DNA of 62,817 nt, filler included, from Octopus bimaculoides (lineage: Eukaryota): the NCBI RefSeq assembly GCF_001194135.2. It is 6 parts of 6 records of this genome, joined end to end, with 100 filler letters (N's around TTAATTAATTAA, not from the genome) between each part and the next. Parts side by side here need not be neighbours in the genome. Positions count along the whole stretch, not along the records: positions 1 to 25,045 come from NC_069003.1; 5 more parts are not named here. One strand, written 5' to 3'. Of this stretch, positions 1 to 14,639 are shown in pieces. A program made the position numbers and the translations under genes. Each line of letters begins with the position of its first letter. Position 1 is the first letter of the stretch. Below the pieces are notes generated by a model that ran no database searches, was not told the DNA's origin, and saw nothing but the letters and a program-made list of their open reading frames with translations.

Positions 1-2151
1 GATTTCTTCTTGTACTTCTTATCTGAAACGAACTGAAAAGCCAGGGTCATAAGTGTTAGAAGCGGTAGGGGTTGGGGGTGGGGGGACGCAGATCTTAACA
101 TTAAAAAAAAATTAAAGTTTGGGAACCGCCACCACCACCATGCCACTTCACTCTCCTACCAAATAAGAACCTCTCTCAATTTGGTCTTCTCCGAACCGAA
201 CCAAGAGCCGTTTACTTCCTTAATAAAACTGACATTCCGTGTTGTATCTGTGGTATCACATATCACGGCCGTTGTCATCAGTAACAATTCTGATATCATC
301 AACATCACTTTCGTCTTCATCTTTTTCTTCTTCCAGCTGCTGATATATCTCTTTCTCCTTCTTCTTCAATTCTTCTTCTTCTTCTTCAATTCTTCTTCTT
401 CTTCTCCTTCTTCTTCTTTTTTTCCTTCTTCTTCTTCTTCTTCTTCTTCTTCTTCTTCAATTCTTCTTCTTCTTCTTCTTCTTCTTTTTGTGCAATTCTT
501 CTCCTTCTCCTTCTTCAATTTTTCTTCTCCTTCAATTCTTCTTCTTGCAATCTATCATGTGAACTTCTGGNNNNNNNNNNATCATGAGAACTTCTGGAGA
601 AGACAAAATATGTGTTTGTGTGTTTGTTTGTTTGTGTGTGTGTGTGTGTGTGTGTTTGTGTGTGTATGTATGTATAAAATTAAAACATAAATACCACGTG
701 GGACAGGTAGAGTGGGGAGAGGGAAATAACTGTTGATCCCTGAATATTTAGTGTAGGGAGTTGGAGAAGTTTGTCTTTTGGGGGCAAATATCTATGAATT
801 CTTTAATTTTGTTTCTGCTATTAATAATATTCCTGCCTCTTGAAATTAGTTCAGCTAAGTTCAGTTAAGAAGCACTTCCTCTCCTCATGTATCAATGTCA
901 TGTGACCTACACACACACACACACTCTCTCTCTCTCTTTCTCTCTCTCTTTCTTTCTCAAAAAACTTGAAATGGGATTTTGTGTGTGTATGCATACATGC
1001 TTGTCTTTAGAATAGACACCAACACCCACCCACATACAGACATTTTCTCTGTCTTGTGAAATATAAAATGGGATTTCATATATATATATATATATGTAAA
1101 CATATATGTATATATATATATGTGTGTGTGTGTGTATGTATATATAGGTAAATGATAGGATTGCTTCAATATTTCAGGGGTAGTCTGATGTCTCCAAACN
1201 NNNNNNNNNNNNNNNNNNNNNNNNNNNNNNNNNNNNNNNNNNNNNNNNNNNNNNNNNNNNNNNNNNNNNNNNNNNNNNNNNNNNNNNNNNNNNNNNNNNN
1301 NNNNNNNNNNNNNNNNNNNNNNNNNNNNNNNNNNNNNNNNNNNNNNNNNNNNNNNNNNNNNNNNNNNNNNNNNNNNNNNNNNNNNNNNNNNNNNNNNNNN
1401 NNNNNNNNNNNNNNNNNNNNNNNNNNNNNNNNNNNNNNNNNNNNNNNNNNNNNNNNNNNNNNNNNNNNNNNNNNNNNNNNNNNNNNNNNNNNNNNNNNNN
1501 NNNNNNNNNNNNNNNNNNNNNNNNNNNNNNNNNNNNNNNNNNNNNNNNNNNNNNNNNNNNNNNNNNNNNNNNNNNNNNNNNNNNNNNNNNNNNNNNNNNN
1601 NNNNNNNNNNNNNNNNNNNNNNNNNNNNNNNNNNNNNNNNNNNNNNNNNNNNNNNNNNAATTACTGAGGTCGATACCTTCAACTAAGAATTCTTCGACGC
1701 GGTGCCCCAGCATGGCCTCAGTCTAATGACTGAAACAAGCAAAGGATAAAAGATATATATATATATACATATATATATATGCTTGCATAGAGTATATGGA
1801 CGCACACAAATGCATAAACACATCGTACACTCTTAGATGTAGGATACACATGATATCTCATTCGGAAAATAACACATTTAAGACATTTAATCATGTTGTT
1901 TTATATGTTTAAGACCTAACATATTTATGACACACATGGTGCATGCAGATATGCTATACACACACTTGTATATGCATACATTCATATATACACATGCACA
2001 CAACATATTTGGGCATGTGTGTATGTATGTATGTTTGTATGCTTGTGTGAGTTAAGTTTAGTTCCCAACCACCGCGTGTCTTCTACTATAATTGCAGACC
2101 TAATAGAGCCTTGTATTTGGACTTGATAGGCAGAAATTGAAAGAAGCTTGT

Positions 2152-2198
<47 letters not shown>

Positions 2199-3040
2199 NN
2201 NNNNNNNNNNNNNNNNNNNNNNNNNNNNNNNNNNNNNNNNNNNNNNNNNNNNNNNNNNNNNNNNNNNNNNNNNNNNNNNNNNNNNNNNNNNNNNNNNNNN
2301 NNNNNNNNNNNNNNNNNNNNNNNNNNNNNNNNNNNNNNNNNNNNNNNNNNNNNNNNNNNNNNNNNNNNNNNNNNNNNNNNNNNNNNNNNNNNNNNNNNNN
2401 NNNNNNNNNNNNNNNNNNNNNNNNNNNNNNNNNNNNNNNNNNNNNNNNNNNNNNNNNNNNNNNNNNNNNNNNNNNNNNNNNNNNNNNNNNNNNNNNNNNN
2501 NNNNNNNNNNNNNNNNNNNNNNNNNNNNNNNNNNNNNNNNNNNNNNNNNNNNNNNNNNNNNNNNNNNNNNNNNNNNNNNNNNNNNNNNNNNNNNNNNNNN
2601 NNNNNNNNNNNNNNNNNNNNNNNNNNNNNNNNNNNNNNNNNNNNNNNNNNNNNNNNNNNNNNNNNNNNNNNNNNNNNNNNNNNNNNNNNNNNNNNNNNNN
2701 NNNNNNNNNNNNNNNNNNNNNNNNNNNNNNNNNNNNNNNNNNNNNNNNNNNNNNNNNNNNNNNNNNNNNNNNNNNNNNNNNNNNNNNNNNNNNNNNNNNN
2801 NNNNNNNNNNNNNNNNNNNNNNNNNNNNNNNNNNNNNNNNNNNNNNNNNNNNNNNNNNNNNNNNNNNNNNNNNNNNNNNNNNNNNNNNNNNNNNNNNNNN
2901 NNNNNNNNNNNNNNNNNNNNNNNNNNNNNNNNNNNNNNNNNNNNNNNNNNNNNNNNNNNNNNNNNNNNNNNNNNNNNNNNNNNNNNNNNNNNNNNNNNNN
3001 NNNNNNNNNNNNNNNNNNNNNNNNNNNNNNNNNNNNNNNC

Positions 3041-3322
3041 ATTGCCAGTGCCGCTGGACTGGCTCCTGTGCAGGTGGCACGTAAAATACACCATTTCGAG
3101 CATGGCCGTTGCCAGTACTTCCTGACTAGCCCTCGTGCCGGTGGCACGTAAAAGCACCCACTACACTCTTGGAGTGGTTGGCGTTAGGAAGGGCATCCAG
3201 CTGTAGAAACACTGCCAAATCAGATTGGAGCCTGGTGTAGCCATCTGGTTCGCCAGTCCTCAGTCAAATCGTCCAACCCATGCTAGCATGGAAAGCAGAC
3301 GTTAAACGATGATGATGATGAT
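3041..3322 (+). mobile_element. SINE family C 3' portion with an RTE-type (GAT)n tail
   Basis: ggtggcacgtaaaagcacc..ggcgttaggaagggcatccagctgtagaaac..ccaacccatgctagcatgga..gttaaacgatgatgatg. Related copies at ~13678-13876(+), 18815-18985(-), 22470-22578(+), 62395-62580(+). Confidence 0.75.
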
Positions 3323-3981
3323 GGTGTATTTCTGGTATAGAATTGTGGCTATGGTGGAATGCCACTGTTTAAAGTTTCATCAATCGTTTTAACTGCAATA
3401 TTTATTTCTGTAGCTTGCTTAGTTAACTTTATCGATCTCAGTTTCCACTCCAGACTAAAAGGGGAGGAGGACGAGGAAGGTCCGTAACCCAACACCACGG
3501 AATATTTTATCCGATACTCTACCGATTCTGGCAAGCAACTATACTTAGTTGCTTAGTTTATTGTTTCTTCTTCCTGTTGCCTTCAGCAGTTCAGACTGAC
3601 ATTTTCAAACAGTTTCTTTGTTAAGGAAATAAATTATGCAACCAAAATGAGATAAAAACAGATCATTTTTTTTTTATGTGGAAAAATTAAGGAGGTATGG
3701 CTGTGTGCTTAAGAAGCTTGCCTTGTAACTACGTGGTCAGGTTCAGTGCCACAGGGTGGCACCTTAGGCACGTATCTTCTGCTAAAGCTCCAGGCTGACC
3801 AATAATGCCTTGTGAGTGAATTTGGTAGATGAATGAAGATTGTGTAGAAGACTACTGTGTGTTTGTGTGTATGTGCATATATATATATATATGTGTGTGT
3901 GTGTATGTGTATGTATATATATATATATATGTGTGTGTATGTATTTATATATGTGTGTGTATGTATATATATATGTGTATG

Positions 3982-4013
<32 letters not shown>

Positions 4014-5015
4014 AAATACAAANNNNNNNNNNNNNNNNNNNNNNNNNNNNNNNNNNNNNNNNNNNNNNNNNNNNNNNNNNNNNNNNNNNNNNNNNNNNNN
4101 NNNNNNNNNNNNNNNNNNNNNNNNNNNNNNNNNNNNNNNNNNNNNNNNNNNNNNNNNNNNNNNNNNNNNNNNNNNNNNNNNNNNNNNNNNNNNNNNNNNN
4201 NNNNNNNNNNNNNNNNNNNNNNNNNNNNNNNNNNNNNNNNNNNNNNNNNNNNNNNNNNNNNNNNNNNNNNNNNNNNNNNNNNNNNNNNNNNNNNNNNNNN
4301 NNNNNNNNNNNNNNNNNNNNNNNNNNNNNNNNNNNNNNNNNNNNNNNNNNNNNNNNNNNNNNNNNNNNNNNNNNNNNNNNNNNNNNNNNNNNNNNNNNNN
4401 NNNNNNNNNNNNNNNNNNNNNNNNNNNNNNNNNNNNNNNNNNNNNNNNNNNNNNNNNNNNNNNNNNNNNNNNNNNNNNNNNNNNNNNNNNNNNNNNNNNN
4501 NNNNNNNNNNNNNNNNNNNNNNNNNNNNNNNNNNNNNNNNNNNNNNNNNNNNNNNNNNNNNNNNNNNNNNNNNNNNNNNNNNNNNNNNNNNNNNNNNNNN
4601 NNNNNNNNNNNNNNNNNNNNNNNNNNNNNNNNNNNNNNNNNNNNNNNNNNNNNNNNNNNNNNNNNNNNNNNNNNNNNNNNNNNNNNNNNNNNNNNNNNNN
4701 NNNNNNNNNNNNNNNNNNNNNNNNNNNNNNNNNNNNNNNNNNNNNNNNNNNNNNNNNNNNNNNNNNNNNNNNNNNNNNNNNNNNNNNNNNNNNNNNNNNN
4801 NNNNNNNNNNNNNNNNNNNNNNNNNNNNNNNNNNNNNNNNNNNNNNNNNNNNNNNNNNNNNNNNNNNNNNNNNNNNNNNNNNNNNNNNNNNNNNNNNNNN
4901 NNNNNNNNNNNNNNNNNNNNNNNNNNNNNNNNNNNNNNNNNNNNNNNNNNNNNNNNNNNNNNNNNNNNNNNNNNNNNNNNNNNNNNNNNNNNNNNNNNNN
5001 NNNNNNNNNNNNNNN

Positions 5016-5048
<33 letters not shown>

Positions 5049-5160
5049 CACACAGATAATATAGATAAATAGGTAAGCAGATATATATATATATACACAC
5101 ACATATATATACATACATATACATATATACAGATAATATAGATAAATAAATAGGTAAGCA

Positions 5161-5192
<32 letters not shown>

Positions 5193-5269
5193 CAAATATG
5201 CATACACATACATATATATATATGTATATATATATATACATATATATATGTATATATATATACACATGC

Positions 5270-5320
<51 letters not shown>

Positions 5321-5465
5321 CACACACACATACATACAAGTGTATATGTGGGAGTACACACACACACTCATACATATGTGTACATATGTATTCACACGTA
5401 TGTATAGATACATATCTGCTCAGTCACACACACACACGCACTCACTCACTCTCTCTCTCTCTCAT

Positions 5466-5502
<37 letters not shown>

Positions 5503-6185
5503 GATGTCCTATTTTCCAGACCGGAACTCATAAGAAATTCAAACAAGCCCTCAAGTTATGGTCACAGCATCAAAGATCAGTTACATATGTATATATGTAT
5601 GTATATGTGTGTGTGTGTATGTGTGTACCAGCTTGTATGTATGGGTGCTTAAACTATCTCACATTAACTAGTAGACTGTACACTCTACATATATGTGTGT
5701 GTGTGTGTGTGTACTTGGTGCAGTATATAATAAACGGCATGAAAGAAACTTCCAGCTTCTCCTTACCGACTTTTCAGTAGCAAATCGGAAACTTGGTTTC
5801 CAATTCCAAATACAGTTTTGTGTTTAACTGTATTCTACAATAGGCACAGGTATGGCTGTAGGGTTAAGAAGCTTGCTTCCAAAACATGTGGTCTTAGGTT
5901 CAGTCCCACTGCGTGGCACCTTGAGCAAGTGTCTTTTTATTTTAGCCCTCTGGGCCAACCGAAGTCTTATCAGTGCATTTGGTAGATGGAAACTGAAAGA
6001 AGCCCATCATGTGTATATGCATATGTGCTGTTGGCGGTTTCTTTTCCTTCTTTGGACTTTTCCCTTTCTCTTTTCCAACCAAGAGCTATGCTCAAAACAT
6101 CAAACACCCTTTTCACTGATTGTCAAACTAATACATATCTTGTGCATACCCTCTTGTTGTCCATTGATTTTTACTCATTTATTTG

Positions 6186-6763
6186 AAGGCATAGCTGTGT
6201 GCTAAGTAGCTTACTAACCACATGGTTCCGGGTTCAGTCCCACTGTGTGGGACCTTGGCCAAGTGTCTTGTACTATTGCCTTGGACCAACCAAAGCTTTG
6301 TGAGTGCATTTGGTAGACAAACTAAAAGAAGCCCGTTGTATATATATATATATGTCTGTGTGTGTATATATATGTGTTTGTGTTTGTCCCCCCCCCCCNN
6401 NNNNNNNNNNNNNNNNNNNNNNNNNNNNNNNNNNNNNNNNNNNNNNNNNNNNGCCTTGGACCAACCAAAGCTTTGTGAGTGCATTTGGTAGACAAACTAA
6501 AAGAAGCCCGTTGTATATATATATATATGTCTGTGTGTGTATATATATGTGTCTGTATTTGTCCCCCCCCCCCAACCATCGCTTGACAACCAATATTGGT
6601 GTGTTTACATCCCCGTAACTTAGTGGTTCAGCAAAAGAGACTGATAGAATAAGTACTAGGCTTAAAGAGAATAAGTCCTGAGGTCGATTTGTTCGACTAA
6701 AGGCGGTGCTCCAGCATGGCCGCAGTCAAGTGCTTCAAGAACAAGTAAAAGAATAAAAGAATA
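6186..6763 (+). mobile_element. SINE family A, full length, with an assembly duplication across the gap (6281-6398 repeated at ~6453-6570)
   Basis: Aligns by eye to 20946-21356. Confidence 0.8.
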
Positions 6764-9077
6764 TATAAATATATATATATATATATATCGTTGTACTTGT
6801 CCCCTATCCCACCCCTCACTCAACAAATGGTGTTAGTTTGTTTACATCCTCATAACTTAGAAGTTTGACAAAAGCGAACAATCAAATAACTACCAGGCTT
6901 AGAAAAAGATAATGGAGTCAATTTGTCCAACTAAAAACCTCTTCATGGTGGTGCTCCAGCATGGACACAGTCGAATAACTGAAATGAGTAAAAGAATTAA
7001 AGACGCAGTCATTCTACCGAATGCTTACTCACACTTCCAAACCAAACCAAACCAAACCCCATCTTTGTTCCACTTTAAAGAGCTTCCGATATGTTTTAAT
7101 TTGAATATACTTTGAAAATTACTGAATATTTACAGAAATATTTCTCGTATCACTTCAACTTTCAGTTTCTTGTGGCCGTCTCTCTATCTCCTTTCTTCCC
7201 ACGCCCACCTCCTCTTGCCTCACACTTGTGCTCAGCTCACCGTTCGTATTAATTACATTTTAGTAAATGTAAATGCTTTTACTAATAAGTTTCAGACTAG
7301 TAAGTAGTAACATCATTCATTCTTGGTTTGATAAACTGACAAACATCTCTCCTGGTTGATTGTACAACTTATACACACACACACCCTACCACCATACACT
7401 TACACATAAATACATACATAAGATATATGTGTGTGTGTGTAAGTGTGTATTGATATATATATTTATACACACACACACACACACATAAGATATATGTGTG
7501 TGTGTGTATATATATATACACACACACACGCACACATATATTTGCGTGTATATGTGTGTGTATAGAGATAGGTACATATATATGCATGTATCTATATATA
7601 TATATCTATATATATATATANNNNNNNNNNNNNNNNNNNNNNNNNNNNNNNNNNNNNNNNNNNNNNNNNNNNNNNNNNNNNNNNNNNNNNNNNNNNNNNN
7701 NNNNNNNNNNNNNNNNNNNNNNNNNNNNNNNNNNNNNNNNNNNNNNNNNNNNNNNNNNNNNNNNNNNNNNNNNNNNNNNNNNNNNNNNNNNNNNNNNNNN
7801 NNNNNNNNNNNNNNNNNNNNNNNNNNNNNNNNNNNNNNNNNNNNNNNNNNNNNNNNNNNNNNNNNNNNNNNNNNNNNNNNNNNNNNNNNNNNNNNNNNNN
7901 NNNNNNNNNNNNNNNNNNNNNNNNNNNNNNNNNNNNNNNNNNNNNNNNNNNNNNNNNNNNNNNNNNNNNNNNNNNNNNNNNNNNNNNNNNNNNNNNNNNN
8001 NNNNNNNNNNNNNNNNNNNNNNNNNNNNNNNNNNNNNNNNNNNNNNNNNNNNNNNNNNNNNNNNNNNNNNNNNNNNNNNNNNNNNNNNNNNNNNNNNNNN
8101 NNNNNNNNNNNNNNNNNNNNNNNNNNNNNNNNNNNNNNNNNNNNNNNNNNNNNNNNNNNNNNNNNNNNNNNNNNNNNNNNNNNNNNNNNNNNNNNNNNNN
8201 NNNNNNNNNNNNNNNNNNNNNNNNNNNNNNNNNNNNNNNNNNNNNNNNNNNNNNNNNNNNNNNNNNNNNNNNNNNNNNNNNNNNNNNNNNNNNNNNNNNN
8301 NNNNNNNNNNNNNNNNNNNNNNNNNNNNNNNNNNNNNNNNNNNNNNNNNNNNNNNNNNNNNNNNNNNNNNNNNNNNNNNNNNNNNNNNNNNNNNNNNNNN
8401 NNNNNNNNNNNNNNNNNNNNNNNNNNNNNNNNNNNNNNNNNNNNNNNNNNNNNNNNNNNNNNNNNNNNNNNNNNNNNNNNNNNNNNNNNNNNNNNNNNNN
8501 NNNNNNNNNNNNNNNNNNNNNNNNNNNNNNNNNNTATGTTGTAAGTATATATGGGTATGCATATGTATCTGTACTTGTGTGTGTAAACACTTTTGAAAAT
8601 GTGAAGACATGAAGATGCCAACAGGGGTACATAACTTATACATACGTACATACATACATACATACATACACATACATACATACACATACATACACANNNN
8701 NNNNNNNNNNNNNNNNNNNNNNNNNNNNNNNNNNNNNNNNNNNNNNNNNNNNNNNNNNNNNNNNNNNNNNNNNNNNNNNNNNNNNNNNNNNNNNNNTGCA
8801 CTCTTGCAATCTCTTCAGTAACTTGTCTCTCCACTTTCATTTATATATATTTATATATATTTATTTTGAATATATATATATTTGAATATATATATATTTA
8901 TTTTGAATATATATATATATATGCTGTCTTGGCACCGGCATCGGCCAAACATTTTCCCACACAAGCATGGGAAAAGAAGGAAAACAAAAAAACAGGAGTT
9001 AAATGGATGAACGAAGAAATTGACATAATATGATGGAATCTAAAACAATCATGGTGCTGATGCCAAACTAAATACTC

Positions 9078-9450
9078 TCTTGTACTTGTTTCTGTAATTT
9101 GACTGTGGCCATGCTGGAACACCGCCTTCAGTCGAGCAAATCCACCCTGGGACTTATTCTTTGTAAGCCTAGTACTTATTCTATCAGTCTCTTTTGCCGA
9201 ACCTCTAATTTATAGGGACGTAAACACACCAGCATCGATTGTCAAGCGATGTTGGGGGTGACAAACACAGACACACACACACACATATATATATATACAT
9301 ATATACGACGAGCTTCTTTCAGTTTCCGTCTACCAAATCCGTTCACAAGGCTTTGGTCGGCCCGTGGCTATTGTAGAAGACACTTGCCCAAGGTGCCACG
9401 CAGTGGGACTGAACACGGAACCATGTGGTTGGTAAGCAAGCTACTTACCA
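9078..9450 (-). mobile_element. SINE family A
   Basis: Aligns by eye to 20946-21356. Confidence 0.8.
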
Positions 9451-10674
9451 TAAATTAAAATTCCTTGAGATGACATATTTATTTTGGCCTAGTTTTGTTT
9501 TTTATTTCCTTTCTTTCTCCTCAACATTCCATTATCAGCTAACCATTTCTTCATGTGTGTTCGGAAGGGGTGATGGGCAGGAGGGATTTATGTGACAGTA
9601 GCACTAAAAGAATGGCCAATACCAAGTTAATAGTCCTTGAAGGGCCTTTGAGATCATCTACTCCACCGGACCCGACTGCTTGTCTTGGACATTGTCCAGG
9701 ATTGGTCAGTCTACTTGACCACCACCACCACCACTACCACCATCGCAAAATAACTGAAATGCAGTTTATCGTAATTTTATAGCGTTCATACTTGATGTCA
9801 GGGGAGCATGGGGGGGGGAGGTGGATNNNNNNNNNNNNNNNNNNNNNNNNNNNNNNNNNNNNNNNNNNNNNNNNNNNNNNNNNNNNNNNNNNNNNNNNNN
9901 NNNNNNNNNNNNNNNNNNNNNNNNNNNNNNNNNNNNNNNNNNNNNNNNNNNNNNNNNNNNNNNNNNNNNNNNNNNNNNNNNNNNNNNNNNNNNNNNNNNN
10001 NNNNNNNNNNNNNNNNNNNNNNNNNNNNNNNNNNNNNNNNNNNNNNNNNNNNNNNNNNNNNNNNNNNNNNNNNNNNNNNNNNNNNNNNNNNNNNNNNNNN
10101 NNNNNNNNNNNNNNNNNNNNNNNNNNNNNNNNNNNNNNNNNNNNNNNNNNNNNNNNNNNNNNNNNNNNNNNNNNNNNNNNNNNNNNNNNNNNNNNNNNNN
10201 NNNNNNNNNNNNNNNNNNNNNNNNNNNNNNNNNNNNNNNNNNNNNNNNNNNNNNNNNNNNNNNNNNNNNNNNNNNNNGTGATGGCGGGGGGGAGGAGGAT
10301 GGGGAGGGATAGAGGTTAAAGATCTATGGTTAAAGATCTATGGTTGTAGCAAGAAGAAAATCAGAGGAGGCAAGCAATGATGGACTGTCTGCGTTGTTGC
10401 CATTGTTGTTGTTGTCGTTGGCAGCAGCAGTGGTGGGCAAATAGTGAAGTACAAAAGGCACCGTAAAGGGGAGAGGTGGGGGGGGCGTAATGAATGTGAA
10501 ATGATAATGACGATGATGATGATGATGATGACGATGATGGAGGAAGAGGGCAAACCGAGCTGAATTCTTCGGGCAGAACCATTTGTCAGAAGGGAATCGT
10601 AAGGGGTCGCGGGCCCTGCTATGCCACCCCTTGAGAATATTAGTGCTCCGCAACCTTTTTCCACTTGTGATATT

Positions 10675-11050
10675 CTTTTATTCTATTACTTGTTTCAGTC
10701 ATTAGACTGCGGTCATGCTGGAGCACCACCTTTAGTCGAACAAATCGATCCTAGTACTTATTCTATCGGTCGTATTTGCTGAACTGCTAAGTTACAGGGA
10801 CGTAAACACACCAACACTGGTTGTCAAGCGATGGCGGGGGAACAAATACAGACACACACACACACATATTTATATATATATATATACGATGAGCTTCTTT
10901 CAGTTTCCATTTGCCGAATCCACTCTCAAGGCTTTGGTCAACCTGAGGCTATAGTAGAAGACACTTGCCCAAAATTCCACGTAGTGGAACCGAACTCAGA
11001 ACCATGTGGTTGGGAAGCAAGCTTCTTATCACACAGTCAATCCTGCACCT
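10675..11050 (-). mobile_element. SINE family A
   Basis: Aligns by eye to 20946-21356. Confidence 0.8.
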
Positions 11051-11127
11051 ATACTTATATTCTTTTCAGAATGCGGTGGCACAACTGAACTAAAAACATG
11101 ACTAAAAATATAGGGAAAAAAATTTAT

Positions 11128-11206
11128 ATTCAAGTTACATTGCCGCACACCTAGCATCATCTCGTGGCACACCAGTGTGCCGCAGCATACCAGTTGCAGA
11201 GCACTT
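11128..11206 (+). mobile_element. hAT-like MITE end, second copy at 36262-36337
   Basis: Shared attcaagttaca..cacctagca..ctcgtggcacaccagtgtgcc..cataccagttg ending in a (G)AAACACT-like terminus. Confidence 0.4.
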
Positions 11207-14200
11207 GCCTTATATAATGAGAGGTAGCCATGGAGCTCCTCTAAAGCAAGTCACCCTTGTCTGCCCCTCTGCCATGTTTTAATACATTAACCACCAAGGC
11301 CGGTTACTGGAACTTGAGTGAAGCCTGTGACGAACCACCAGTGGTTGTTAACCGTTTTTGTCACTTATGGACCCCTTTGATTCCGATTCTACTCTACCGG
11401 ACTATCATAGGCATTCCATACATATCGGGTCTTAAGAGACACTGTAAAGCTAAGTGCTTCATGGTCATAAAACCCTGGGTACCCCCCCCNNNNNNNNNNN
11501 NNNNNNNNNNNNNNNNNNNNNNNNNNNNNNNNNNNNNNCCCCGTAGACTGACCATAAATATCTTTATCTTTAATTACTTTACTGCTCTATAACTTAGACT
11601 GTGCTTCTCTGCAGAAGGAAAAAGACGAAGAGAGTGAAAAAGAAAGAAGAAGTCAGAATGTGACAACATATATATTTCTTTCTATCAACTTAGCTCTCCC
11701 TTTATGTCTCTATCTACCAGTCTTCTCAGATCTTCCCCTCTCTTATCTATCTGTCTATCTACTTAGTTCTCTCTTCATGTCACTATCTAGTTAGCACTCT
11801 CTCCATCACATTTACTCTCTTTATCACTCTATCTGTCTACTTAGCTCTCTCTCTATCTATCTATCTGCTTAGTTTTCTCTTTGTGTCTCTATCTACCAGT
11901 TTTCTTAAATCTCTATCTAGTCAGCTCTCTCTCTCATTAACTCTCTTTATTGCTCTATCTGCCTACTTAGCTCTCTCTCCCTCTCTATCTCTATCTATCT
12001 ATTTACTTAGTTCTCTCTTTATGTATCTCTCTACCAACCTTCTTAAATCTCCCTCTCTCTTGTCTATCTATCTATCTCATTAACTCTCTTTATCTCTCTA
12101 TCTGTGTACTTACGTTTGCCTGTCTAGTTAGCTCTCTTTTAATCTCAGTGTCTCTCTCTCTCTCTCTACCTGTCTACTTCTATCTCTCTAGCTATTCAGT
12201 TAGCTGTCTCTCTCTATCTAGATAACTCTTTGTCTCTCTCTCTCTCTCTCTCTCTTTAGCTATCTATTTATCTATCTAGTTAACCCTCGTATGTATGCAT
12301 ACATGTATATAAGTATGTGCGTGTAATGGGTGCGTTTCTAAGATAGTTCAAGGAGTTTATTCTGCATTCCTGGTTTATACAAGAAATACATCATCATCAT
12401 CATCAACATCATCATCAAGAAGCTGCATAAAGAGAGAAGGGGGAATGGAGAGAGAGAGAAAACAAAAAACAGAAACAAAGGAAAAGACAGTTCGATATCA
12501 AAAAGGGATAGTAACTACTACTAACAGCAAAATCAGAATATTACTTTGGCAAACAGCAGCAGCAGCTGCAGCAGTAGTAGTAGCAGCAGCAGCACTCCAA
12601 TTACATTGGCGCCAGTCAATAGACAGTTTTATAGACTTTTAAACTTTGACAAGACTCTGCTGATATAAACTACAACTCGCACTAACTTATATTACAATCT
12701 AATTGCTTTTCAGAACATCATACAATATAATACCAACATAAATCTCTCACAAGATGCTAATAATTTTCTTAATACTGTATTTACTGGTAGAATGCTAGAA
12801 TGCGGAGACCTCTTGGAGAGAGAGAGAGAGAGAGAGAGATATCAGGAAGAGAAGATCTCTCACATGTTAAGGCAATTCTGTCCCGGACTATCTGTTTTGT
12901 ACCTTACAAAGAAAGTAAAAGAGAAGAAAAACAAAAAAAAAAACTCAAAAACACAATATTATCTTTTGGCTTTTACATGTTTCAGTCATTAGACTGTGGC
13001 CATGCTGGGGCACCACCCCCTAGAAGAATTTTAGTTGAATGAATTGATCCCCTCCCCAGTAATTATTTTTTTGTTCTTCTTTTTTTAAAGCCTGGTTCTT
13101 GTTCTGTGTCTTAGGGAATTATTGATAGTAATAATGGTACACCCCTCCCATGTGGCGAATGGAATAACCCCAGTCACTACGAGTAAAGAGAAGTATGTGG
13201 AGTACTAGAGTACATAGCAGGCAGTCAGAGATAGTCGTGTCCTTACTGGTTTTACTAAGTATTCTGTATACCGAAGTAGGCGTTATAACAATCCAACGTT
13301 TTAAGGATCATAACATTCTGTCAGTTTCTTTTGCTGAGTTGCTAAGTTACAGGGGCATAAACAAACCAACACCGGCTGTCAAGAAGTAGTGGGGGATAAA
13401 CACAAACATACACCACAGACATTCTTGGGTGGTCACTTTGACATCTGACGTATGGTACACTGGATACCTGTACAGGTAACGTCCATTTGTTGGGGGGGGG
13501 GGGGGGTGAATTAATGTACAACACAAGCATTTGGTCACCATGAACAAAGTATTTGTACGTGTTGTTCACCAAGGAATTGCAGAACCATCTTTCTTGAAAT
13601 ACAAGAGACTACCATCTGCAGCAGAAGTGTTATGACCGATCCTTGTGGTGGTGTGAAGCACTCGTGGTGAAGCGCTGTCCATGTGGTGCCATGTAAAAGT
13701 GCCTGTGGAGTAGGATGTAAAAAGTAAAGTGGTTGGCATTAGGAAGAGCATCTAGTCATAGAAACCATGTCAGATCAGACTGGAGTCCGGTGCAGCTTCC
13801 CGGTTTGCCAGTTCTGGTCACAACTGTCCAACCCATGCCAGCATGGACAACAAACGTTAAAAGATGGTGATGATGCACATGGGCTTCTTTCGGTTTCCGT
13901 CTACCAAATCCACTCACAAGGCTTTGGATGGCCCAAAGCGATCATAGAAATTTGTTCAAGGTGCCATGCAGTAGGACTGAACCTGGAACCAAACTTCTTA
14001 CCACACAACTACAACTGTGCCTATGCTTGTCTCTTTTTTATTTTTAAAGCTTAAGTATAACACTCTTTCTAATTTTGACACAAGGCCAGCAATTCTGAGA
14101 GGAGGAGGAGGTGGTTAATTGGTACTATTGACCTTGGCGGGATTTGAACTCTGAACATAGAGTGTCGGAAAAAATATCTCTAAGTATTTTCACCGGCCCA

Positions 14201-14639
14201 CTTAATGGCTCTACCAGCTTGTCTCCTTTGAACATCATACAATAATATAATACCAAACATAAAATGTCTCACGAGATGCTAATAATTTTCTTAATACTGT
14301 ACTTGTTTGAGTACAACATAGAGACATCTTGAAGAGAGAATGAGACAGGCAGAGAGAGAGATGGAGAAAAGATCATTCTATTAATAACACGACCCCCCAC
14401 CAATTTTCTGTATTGAATAAAAATAAAATAATCAATATTATATTTTATCCTCTTGTCTTCTATTTTTTTCCATTTCTTAACTCAAATACTTAGTCTTTAG
14501 AAGAGGAGACATTGATAAAACAGAAAAGCCAAAGCTGAACTCATTATCTTCAATTCAGCTTCAGCGCCTATCCTTACTTAAGGTCATAAATATTGGGCAA
14601 TCAACAAAAGAATGCAAAGTGGTTAAAATTGGGGTCCCT

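Noticed and set aside
3349-3534. 61-aa minus-strand ORF in unique sequence
   Set aside because: No recognisable domain or consistent splice signals on either strand
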